From the NCBI GenBank assembly GCA_963705505.1, contig CAVPJU010000006.1, positions 352,001 through 416,000 of the forward strand: DNA of 64,000 bases, in the 5' to 3' direction. Source of the stretch: an uncultured bacterium (lineage in GTDB: Bacteria > Desulfobacterota_D > UBA1144 > Nemesobacterales > UBA2774). This document shows, piece after piece, positions 19,394 through 27,516 of this stretch. Position 1 is the first letter of the stretch, and each line of letters opens with the position of its first letter. Both the position numbers and the translations under genes were made by a program. Under the pieces are notes generated by a model, which ran no database searches, was not told where the DNA came from, and was given only the letters and a program-made list of their open reading frames with translations.

Positions 19394-19888
19394 ATGGCTT
19401 CAGCGAATAATCTTACAGAGAGGTCAAGTATGAAACAGTTAATCGCGGTATTTTTAGCTCTCTTGTTCTCGGCTTCGGCTCTAAGCGCACACGAACATCA
19501 CGCCCCGCACGGGGGGACTTTAGTCGAGTTCGGTGAGGAATTCGCGCACCTGGAGCTTGTCCTGGATCCCGGGACAGGGACCCTGACCGGCTATTCTCTC
19601 GACGGGGAAGCTGAAAATCCTGTACGCATAGAGCAGGATGATATAGAGATTCGAATCACGGCTGTAAACACGCAAGGCGTAGGAGAGGGTAAAATAATCT
19701 ATACTTTAAAATTAGAGGCTGTGCCGAACGTTCTCACGGGCGAGACACTGGGCGACACTTCCGAATTTACCGCCCAATCGGATAAATTGAAGGGTGCACA
19801 GAACTTCGACGGGGTTATTTCAGCTATAAATATTAAGGGACAAAGTTTCAAAGATGTTAAATTCAGGTTTCCAGAGGGAAATGAGTAA
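19394..19888 (+). CDS. Exported His-rich putative metal-binding protein
   Basis: Signal peptide, then AHEHHAPHGGTLVEFGEEFAHLELV. An alternative start lies at 19430. Confidence 0.65.
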   Translation: MASANNLTERSSMKQLIAVFLALLFSASALSAHEHHAPHGGTLVEFGEEFAHLELVLDPGTGTLTGYSLDGEAENPVRIEQDDIEIRITAVNTQGVGEGKIIYTLKLEAVPNVLTGETLGDTSEFTAQSDKLKGAQNFDGVISAINIKGQSFKDVKFRFPEGNE

Positions 19889-19893
19889 ATCAT

Positions 19894-20445
19894 TTGAAGA
19901 GAACCGATCTCATCAGGAGCAACAAATTGAATGATAGGAAACGCATAAACTGGAACAGGATAATAACAAAAGCCCTTGTAGTCTGCAGTATTCTGTTCTT
20001 GCCCATACTCGGTATTCATTACAGACCCACCCCGAGTTTCGATTATTCCGCTGTGAATGCGCTTGAAACTGAAAACGGGGCGATAAAAGTCGACTTCGAT
20101 TTCCTGGGAGGGTTCGACTACGAAAAAGAAGAGAAAATTCCGGAAAAGGTTAAAGACCTTAACGGTAAAACGATCAAAGTGATCGGATTTATGCTGCCCA
20201 TCGATTTTGACTCGGGTGTGGTCAAGAGCTTTATGTTACTCAAGAATCAGATGGGGTGCTGCTTCGGAATAATGCCGAGGGTAAATGATTTTGTATACGT
20301 GGAAATGCCTGAAGGACAAAGTGCAAAGTATATCATGGACACTCCCCTGAGAGTCACAGGCAGGCTCGAAGTCGTCAAAGAGAACCTCGTGGGCGGACTA
20401 TATTCAATGACCGCAGACAAGGTGGAGGTCTTTAAGAATTATTGA
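19894..20445 (+). CDS. DUF3299 (ZrgD-like) domain protein
   Basis: LNGKTIKVIGFMLP...FMLLKNQMGCCFGIMP..N.FVYV...VTGRL...LYSM matches the DUF3299 pattern. Confidence 0.7.
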   Translation: MKRTDLIRSNKLNDRKRINWNRIITKALVVCSILFLPILGIHYRPTPSFDYSAVNALETENGAIKVDFDFLGGFDYEKEEKIPEKVKDLNGKTIKVIGFMLPIDFDSGVVKSFMLLKNQMGCCFGIMPRVNDFVYVEMPEGQSAKYIMDTPLRVTGRLEVVKENLVGGLYSMTADKVEVFKNY

Positions 20446-20698
20446 GTGCTTCAAGCGGGATAGACTCGTCTATAAGCAATATCGGTATTTCGTCTCTGAT
20501 CGGATAAAGGTATTTCCGGTCTTCTTTCCGTATAAGCCCCCCGTCGATCTTCTCAGAAACCCTTTGTTTTGACCTGTTCAGCAGCTCGCCCTTTTCTATA
20601 AGCAGGTTTATTCTTTCAACAATCTCGGGCTCTGCAATGACCAGGTCCTGCTTTGTTTCGGGACAGGCTATTATGTCAAGCAATTCCTTGTCTATCAT
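20432..20698 (-). CDS. Trm112/YcaR-like protein
   Basis: MIDKELLDIIACPETKQDL...YPIRDEIPILLIDES. Confidence 0.85.
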   Translation of the reverse strand: MIDKELLDIIACPETKQDLVIAEPEIVERINLLIEKGELLNRSKQRVSEKIDGGLIRKEDRKYLYPIRDEIPILLIDESIPLEALNNS

Positions 20699-20785
20699 AA
20701 TTTACCCGGGGCAGTCAATTTCGGCTAAAAAAAATTTTACTGGTATCGAGCGCCTTAATCATTAGAATACATATATGAAGATTAA

Positions 20786-21610
20786 ATGCAAAAGGAGCAT
20801 AAAAACATGAATAAAGTTTCTCTGATTTTACTGTTTTTCGCAGCTATTCTGATCGGCTCGGCAGCCGGGACAACTGCAGCACCCGGTGCGGGGGATAATG
20901 AAATAAAGATCGAAGCCGTTCCGAACTCTCCCGCTTTCCCCGGAGCAAAGGCACGGTTCGCCTCGCTCAAAGACGGAGACGTGCTCAAAAACCCCAACGT
21001 CTCGGTCGTAGTCGATGTCGAAAATTACGTGCTCGGGGTGCAGACCGATAACGAAAGAGCGAAGGAAATAATGAATTCGAAGGAAGGACAGCACGCCCAC
21101 ATAATACTGGATAACGGCCCCTATCTGGCGGACTACACATCGGGGAAGCCTTTTAAAATTGGGGTGCTTACAGAAGGCCCCCATACATTGATAGTTTTTC
21201 CGAGCCGCTCTTATCACGAGAGTGTGAAATCGCCCGAGGCTGCCGATATAGTCAATTTCTATGTCGGTAAGAAAGAAGGGGAATTCCTTATGGATAAATC
21301 CAAGCCGGCCATCATCTACAGCAGACCCAAGGGGAAATACGAGGGAGCCGGCGCTGAGAAGGTCATGCTCGACTTTTATCTCAATAACGTCGAGCTCAGC
21401 CCCGACGGATACAAAGCGAAGTACACGGTGAGGAAAAAGGATTCGGCGGGTGAAGTTACCTCGATCATTCTTACGGATTGGACCCCCGCATTCGTGACCG
21501 GACTCACGACCGGGGATTATGTCATAACTCTTCAGCTCCTGGATAAAGACGGGAACGTCGTCGAAGGACCCTTCAACAATGTGGAAAGGGTGATCAGTGT
21601 TGTGAGGTGA
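20786..21610 (+). CDS. Conserved exported protein
   Basis: Signal peptide; motifs GQHAHIILDN, FPSRSYHESVK and YSRPKGKY. Confidence 0.7.
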   Translation: MQKEHKNMNKVSLILLFFAAILIGSAAGTTAAPGAGDNEIKIEAVPNSPAFPGAKARFASLKDGDVLKNPNVSVVVDVENYVLGVQTDNERAKEIMNSKEGQHAHIILDNGPYLADYTSGKPFKIGVLTEGPHTLIVFPSRSYHESVKSPEAADIVNFYVGKKEGEFLMDKSKPAIIYSRPKGKYEGAGAEKVMLDFYLNNVELSPDGYKAKYTVRKKDSAGEVTSIILTDWTPAFVTGLTTGDYVITLQLLDKDGNVVEGPFNNVERVISVVR

Positions 21611-21901
21611 TTGAGCTGTCGATATGTGAAGCTTAATTACAGGGGAACCCGGGTTGTAGGACCATGCGCACGGCTAGTCGTTATCCCCCGTGCAACAAAA
21701 GATTGCGGCGGTGGGAGGAAGCCCGATAAATCCCGCCATACTGGAATTAGCATCGGTCTATACTGAAACCTGCTTATATCATTAATATTATTTTGTTCCG
21801 CATGTGCCGGAAATTATGTCTTTATTTTAGTGACGGGTTTACAAAATTTATTATTGTGGAATAATTAATGGCTTCCTGAAAGAAATGATGAGGTGATAGA
21901 G

Positions 21902-22141
21902 ATGTCTCAGAAATGCATGATAACCGGAAAGAGCCCCCTCGTAGGGAACAACGTTTCACATGCCAATAACAAGGTAAAACGCCGCCAGAACCCGAACCTC
22001 CAGTGGAAACACGTTTTCGTGCCGGAGCTCGACCGCAACGTGAGAATCCGGGTTTCGACGCGAGCCATAAGGACAATCAATAAAAAGGGACTTTCCGCCT
22101 TCCTCAAGGACAACGGTCTCACGCTGAAGGACCTGATTTAA
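21902..22141 (+). CDS. rpmB: 50S ribosomal protein L28
   Basis: MSQKCMITGKSPLVGNNVSHANNKVKRRQNPNLQ; GAGGTG SD at ~21890. Confidence 0.95.
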   Translation: MSQKCMITGKSPLVGNNVSHANNKVKRRQNPNLQWKHVFVPELDRNVRIRVSTRAIRTINKKGLSAFLKDNGLTLKDLI

Positions 22142-22195
22142 ATCCCGATATAAAACACTGGAATTTCCACCGGCCACGATTATATTAATTATCGT

Positions 22196-22615
22196 ATGTC
22201 TATAAATACAAGACTCAGAGAGGGCCGCTACATCTTTAGGGCAGCTCAACGGGCAAAAAATATATTGAGCGATGAGAGCACAGTGAGGGATCTCATAGGC
22301 TCGGCCTCAGCCAAAATAGAATCCGGCGGCAGCAGATTAACATCCATGAAGAACGACCTCGGGACGCTTCTCGAGCTTCTTAAAGCCTGGATAAGCGGTG
22401 ATTACAGGGAGCTGCCCTGGACGAGTTTACTGATGGTGACAGGCGCGGTTATCTATTTCGTAAACCCCTTTGACGCAATCCCCGACATTCTGCCCGCATC
22501 AGGGCTTCTCGATGACGCGGGCGTGATAGGCTTCGTACTGGCGTCCATGAAGAGCGATATCGAGAATTTCAGGAAGTGGCAATCAAACGCGATATCCCCT
22601 GACGCCTCTTTTTAA
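22196..22615 (+). CDS. YkvA/DUF1232 family membrane protein
   Basis: YFVNPFDAIPDILPASGLLDD motif. Confidence 0.85.
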   Translation: MSINTRLREGRYIFRAAQRAKNILSDESTVRDLIGSASAKIESGGSRLTSMKNDLGTLLELLKAWISGDYRELPWTSLLMVTGAVIYFVNPFDAIPDILPASGLLDDAGVIGFVLASMKSDIENFRKWQSNAISPDASF

Positions 22616-22640
22616 TCGAGACAGCCGGCTTACTAACCTT

Positions 22641-24596
22641 TTAACTCTCGAGATGCTCGAATTCTTCCCTGAGGTGCTGAACCACAGACTGGTCGGCAAG
22701 TGTCGTCGTATCCCCGAGAACCGTCCCTTCGGCAATGTTTCGCAGGAGCCTCCTCATTATCTTTCCGCTCCTCGTTTTAGGGAGCTCCGCCGTGAATATA
22801 ATTTCGTCGGGCCTCGCAATCGCCCCTATCTTTTTTGTCACATGCGCCCTTAATTCCTCCACGAGGTCCTTATCGAACTTGACGCTTTTCTTAAGTGTAG
22901 TGAATGCGACTATGGCCTGCCCCTTCAGCTCATCGTTCCTGCCGATCACAGCGGCCTCGGCGACAGAATGATGATCGACGAGGGCGCTCTCAACCTCCAT
23001 CGTGCTGATCCTGTGCCCCGCGACGTTCATGACGTCGTCGACCCTGCCTAGAAGCCAGAAATAACCGTCTCCGTCCCTTTTAGCGCCGTCACCCGTAAAA
23101 TAGACGCCCGGGAACCTGCTCCAATACTGGTCCACGTAGCGTTGCGGGTCGCCGTAAATGGTCCTCAGCATAGAGGGCCACGGACCCCTTATAACGAGGT
23201 AGCCCGCGCCTTCTTTAATTGACTTGCCCTTTTCGTCGACTATATCCGCCTCGATGCCCGGGAACGGCGTAGTCGCGGAGGCCGGCTTTAATTTTGTAAT
23301 TCCCGGCAGCGGCGTAATGAGTATCGACCCCGTCTCGGTCTGCCACCACGTATCGACGATAGGACATTTGCTATTGCCGATATTGATGTAATACCACATC
23401 CAGGCCTCGGGGTTTATCGGCTCCCCTACGGAGCCCAGCAGACGGAGCGAGCTCAGGTCGTATTTTTTCGGGTATTCCTCACCCCACCTCATAAAAGTCC
23501 TGATCGCGGTAGGGGCCGTATAAAAGATATTCACGCGGTATTTTTCGACAATCTCCCAGAACCTGCCTATATCCGGATAGTCGGGCGCGCCTTCGTACAT
23601 GAGAGACGTAGCGCCGTTAGCCAGGGGGCCGTAGATGATATAGCTGTGCCCCGTCACCCACCCGATGTCGGCGGTGCACCAGTAAGTATCCTCCTCCTTT
23701 AAGTCGAATACCCATTTGGTAGTGGCGTAAACGCCGACGAGATAGCCGCCTGTCGTGTGGACTACCCCCTTGGGCTTCCCCGTAGTCCCGCTAGTATAGA
23801 GCATGAAGAGCATGTCTTCGCTGTCCATCTTCTCGGGCTCGCAATAGGAAGAGGCCTTTTCCATCAGCTCATGCCACCAGAAGTCCCTCCCTTTCTTCAT
23901 TTTGATTTCGGTTTTTTCGCCTACCCTCTTCACGACGACGACCTTTTCTATGCTCGGCGTATTTTTAAGCGCTTCGTCGGAATTCACCTTGAGAGGGACT
24001 ATCCCTCCCCTTCTGTACCCGCCGTCCGATGTTATGAGCACCCTGGCCTGTGAATCGTTTATCCTGTCCCTGAGGCTCTCCGCGCTGAACCCTCCGAATA
24101 CTATGCTGTGGGGAGCGCCGATCCTCGCGCAGGCGAGCATTGCGACCGCAAGCTCGGGGATCATCGGGAGGTAAATCGTTATCCTGTCTCCTTTATTAAC
24201 GCCGAGCCCCTTGAGCACGTTCGCAAACTTGTTGACCTCCCTGTAGAGCTCCCAGTATGTGAGCGTGACGCTCTCCCCGGATTCTGACTCCCAGATTATC
24301 GCGGCCTTATTCTTTCTGGCCGTATCTATATGCCTGTCGAGACAGTTGTATGAGACGTTCAGCTTGCCGCCTGTAAACCACTTGGCATGGGGAAGCTTCC
24401 ACTTGAGGACTTTTTTCCATTTCTTATACCAGTCGAGCTCTTTCGCAAAACTCTCCCAGAATTTTTCCCTGTCGCGAGCCGCTTTCTTATAGACCGACTC
24501 GCTCATAACAGCGGCGTTCTTCCTGAATTTCTTGGCGGGTGAAAATGTGCGGCCTTCCCTGAGTAAATCCTCTATCGTTTTTTGCGCATTAGCCAT
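22641..24596 (-). CDS. acs: Acetate--CoA ligase (acetyl-CoA synthetase)
   Basis: [20 protein letters not shown] and [12 protein letters not shown]. Confidence 0.95.
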   Translation of the reverse strand: MANAQKTIEDLLREGRTFSPAKKFRKNAAVMSESVYKKAARDREKFWESFAKELDWYKKWKKVLKWKLPHAKWFTGGKLNVSYNCLDRHIDTARKNKAAIIWESESGESVTLTYWELYREVNKFANVLKGLGVNKGDRITIYLPMIPELAVAMLACARIGAPHSIVFGGFSAESLRDRINDSQARVLITSDGGYRRGGIVPLKVNSDEALKNTPSIEKVVVVKRVGEKTEIKMKKGRDFWWHELMEKASSYCEPEKMDSEDMLFMLYTSGTTGKPKGVVHTTGGYLVGVYATTKWVFDLKEEDTYWCTADIGWVTGHSYIIYGPLANGATSLMYEGAPDYPDIGRFWEIVEKYRVNIFYTAPTAIRTFMRWGEEYPKKYDLSSLRLLGSVGEPINPEAWMWYYINIGNSKCPIVDTWWQTETGSILITPLPGITKLKPASATTPFPGIEADIVDEKGKSIKEGAGYLVIRGPWPSMLRTIYGDPQRYVDQYWSRFPGVYFTGDGAKRDGDGYFWLLGRVDDVMNVAGHRISTMEVESALVDHHSVAEAAVIGRNDELKGQAIVAFTTLKKSVKFDKDLVEELRAHVTKKIGAIARPDEIIFTAELPKTRSGKIMRRLLRNIAEGTVLGDTTTLADQSVVQHLREEFEHLES

Positions 24597-24885
24597 TCGG
24601 CGAACCCCCTTTAAGAATTACAATAGCAGTAAGATACTCAATACTAACAAAATTCGTGGGGGATTTGAACACTATTTTTTATCGGGCGAGCCGCGAGCTA
24701 TTACTCGATTGCCGGAAAACGCCGAATACGTTTATTACTCTATCTGTCGCCGGAATTTATCAGAACCTGTATTGCGTGCCGAAATTTAGATGTATCAGAT
24801 TTACAATACGGAAGATCCCCCTGTTCGCGGGGTAAGCACGGAAAAACTATTAATGTAAGGCGGACAGATAGAAAAACGAATTCCC

Positions 24886-26613
24886 CTATTTCGCCGTGTC
24901 GAAAGCGGGCGGCGGAAGGAGGGGCGGCTTTTCTTTTTTAGAAGACTCGCGCTGGAACTCCATCTCGGAGACGAGTATGCTGGGCGATACGGTGGACACG
25001 GGCACGTAACCCGATTCCGCGCCGCAGAACCCGTTGAAAACACCGTAGTCGTCGCCCGTCGCGATGATTTTATTCACTGTCACGATAGGGGTCCCGACGA
25101 TTTCGATGTCCCTTACCGGGGTCTCTTCTCCTGTCTTCGGATCGACCTTGTATAAAACGAGCGGCGTTCCTCTGAAAGCCTGGAAGTTATAGGAAGACGT
25201 ATTGGTCTCGCCCTCCTGCATGCTTTTTATAATGAGGCCGAACGGCTTATTCTGACGTTTTACCTCTTCGATCAGAAGCTCTTTCAGTTTCTCCTTCGGG
25301 TATTCCTTGGAGGACTCGATTATGGTGTTGCTCATCCTCGCCATGGGTGCCTGTCCGTAGGACGCTCTGCCGTGGCCGTTTGAATTCTGAAACCCTTTTA
25401 CCGGCGTCCTGGACAGGAGGAAGTTTTTAAGAACCCCATTTTCCACGAGCACCGTCCTCTGTCCGGGCACGCCCTGGTCATCGAACGGATAATAGCCCAT
25501 AAGGTAAGTTCCCTTAAAGCTCTTCATCGAGGGGTCGTCTATTATCGAAAGGAAGCCCGGTATTATCTTCTTCCCGACCTTTTCCTTGAAGGTCTGCCCC
25601 TCGTCGTCGTCTATCTGCCTTTCCCCTTCCAACCTGTGCCCCACCGCTTCGTGGAAGACCACTCCCGCAGCCTCGGGCTCGAGGAGAGCGGGTACGCTCA
25701 AAGGCGGGATAACTTCGGCCGCCTTCATTCTGAGGGTCTCTTCAACCATTCCCTTTATGGTCTTCTTTAATTCCTCTACGGGCGGTATATCCCCTTCGGT
25801 GACGTAGTAAAGATTCCTGTAGTTCTCGATAACCCTACCGTCGTCGGCCCTCGCCGAAACCTCGGCGTCTATCGAGTATAGAATTTCGTCCCTAAGATAT
25901 CGAGTGCCCTCGGTGTTTACGAAATAGACCGTTTCCTTCTGGGCAGAGACCGAGAGGTCGGCGTTGAGGAGATCCTTGTAATCTTTATAAATCGAAGAAA
26001 CCTCCCTCACCGTCTGCTCCCATTTCCCGGGGTCGAAGTCCAGAGTCAGCTCGGGACCGTAAAAGACGTTACTCTTTTCCCTTGTAAAGCTCCCGAAATC
26101 CTCCTCCTTTACCTGCTGCACATTTTCTGCCTTCTTATTCAGGTACTGGGCGAGCGCTTCCTTGTAAGCATAGTCTGTGACCTGCCAGAGGACGGTCCTG
26201 ATCGCATCGGGATCGTTATCCAGAGGCACGGAGGAAGCCCCGTCGAACGGAATCCCGCCCCCGGACCTGCCCTTGATGGAATTATCGAACCGGTAGTCTC
26301 CTACACGCACATCGACGAAAAGACGCCTTATCCTGGTCTTGTCGGATGTGACGATTGCACCGTACTTACCCTCTATATTGTAATAAGTGTTGTCCTTGAT
26401 CTGATAGCTGATGAAATAAGGGTTCTCGTAACCTTCGAGCTTGAGCTTTTTCTGAGACCTCGCGAGCTCATCCTTCATCGCACCGAGCACGACCATGTCG
26501 CCCCGCTGAGCCTGCTCCTGACCGGGACCCGCCGCTCGTACTCGAGGCGCAGAAATAATGAATATCAGGAATAAGATCTGTATAAGACCGTATATTTTTT
26601 GTTGTTTACTCAT
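24886..26613 (-). CDS. Exported TldD/PmbA-family metalloprotease
   Basis: FHEAVGHRLEG (HExxGH), FDDQGVP, SNGHGR and RMSN; N-terminal signal peptide. Confidence 0.8.
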   Translation of the reverse strand: MSKQQKIYGLIQILFLIFIISAPRVRAAGPGQEQAQRGDMVVLGAMKDELARSQKKLKLEGYENPYFISYQIKDNTYYNIEGKYGAIVTSDKTRIRRLFVDVRVGDYRFDNSIKGRSGGGIPFDGASSVPLDNDPDAIRTVLWQVTDYAYKEALAQYLNKKAENVQQVKEEDFGSFTREKSNVFYGPELTLDFDPGKWEQTVREVSSIYKDYKDLLNADLSVSAQKETVYFVNTEGTRYLRDEILYSIDAEVSARADDGRVIENYRNLYYVTEGDIPPVEELKKTIKGMVEETLRMKAAEVIPPLSVPALLEPEAAGVVFHEAVGHRLEGERQIDDDEGQTFKEKVGKKIIPGFLSIIDDPSMKSFKGTYLMGYYPFDDQGVPGQRTVLVENGVLKNFLLSRTPVKGFQNSNGHGRASYGQAPMARMSNTIIESSKEYPKEKLKELLIEEVKRQNKPFGLIIKSMQEGETNTSSYNFQAFRGTPLVLYKVDPKTGEETPVRDIEIVGTPIVTVNKIIATGDDYGVFNGFCGAESGYVPVSTVSPSILVSEMEFQRESSKKEKPPLLPPPAFDTAK

Positions 26614-26715
26614 ACAATGAAAGGTTAGCCATGATAAGGAAGCATGTAAAGAATAGATCGCCAGGGGGCCAGTTAAAAAGGAGCGCGCAAAAACGTTGGC
26701 CCGCGAGCGCCCGGG

Positions 26716-27516
26716 CTATCTCAAATACATGAACACGATAATTACCGCGAGTATCAGGCGGTATATCACAAAGAGCGTATAGCTCTCCTTCCGGACGAAC
26801 CTGAGCAGGTACTTGATCGCAAGGTAAGAAAAAATGGCAGAAGCAAAAAAACCGGCGATAAACGGAGCGCTCGCCGCGTCGGCGTAAGAGAGGTGTCTTG
26901 ATTCGAAGATCCCCGCGCCCGCTATCAGGGGAGCAGCGAGAAGGAAGGAGAACTTAGCGGCTTCGTCCCGTTTAAAGTTCCTGAACATGGCTCCCGTGAT
27001 AGTAATCCCCGACCGCGAGACGCCGGGAATAATCGCCAGTGCCTGAGCGAGGCCGACTATTATACAGTCGGTCAGGTTCATTTCCTCAATCGATTTGAAT
27101 CTCCTCGAAAACCTGTCTGAAAAATAGAGGAGCAAGCCGAAAGCGGAAAGCGTGAACGCGATGGATAAGGGGTTGCGGAACAGTCCGGCTGCCTCTTTTT
27201 CGAAGAGGAACCCGGAAAGCGCTCCCGGAACCGTGCCTATCAGTATAAACATGCCGATCCTGCCGCTAGGCCGCCCCTCGAAGCTCCTCTCCGCCACGCT
27301 TTTCAAAAAGTCGCTTACTATAAGCATCCAGTCCCGCCAAAAAAATAAAATAATCGCAGCGAGACTCCCCACATGGAGCGCTACATCGAATGTAAGGCCC
27401 TGGTCTTTCCATGAAAAGAACCACGGGAGCAGCACGAGGTGAGCTGTGCTGCTTATCGGCAAAAACTCGGTAATCCCCTGTATCGCCCCCAGCACTATCG
27501 ACTGTATCAAGTCCAT
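26716..27516 (-). CDS. uppP: Undecaprenyl-diphosphate phosphatase
   Basis: QGITEFLPISSTAHL and PGVSRSG. Confidence 0.93.
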   Translation of the reverse strand: MDLIQSIVLGAIQGITEFLPISSTAHLVLLPWFFSWKDQGLTFDVALHVGSLAAIILFFWRDWMLIVSDFLKSVAERSFEGRPSGRIGMFILIGTVPGALSGFLFEKEAAGLFRNPLSIAFTLSAFGLLLYFSDRFSRRFKSIEEMNLTDCIIVGLAQALAIIPGVSRSGITITGAMFRNFKRDEAAKFSFLLAAPLIAGAGIFESRHLSYADAASAPFIAGFFASAIFSYLAIKYLLRFVRKESYTLFVIYRLILAVIIVFMYLR

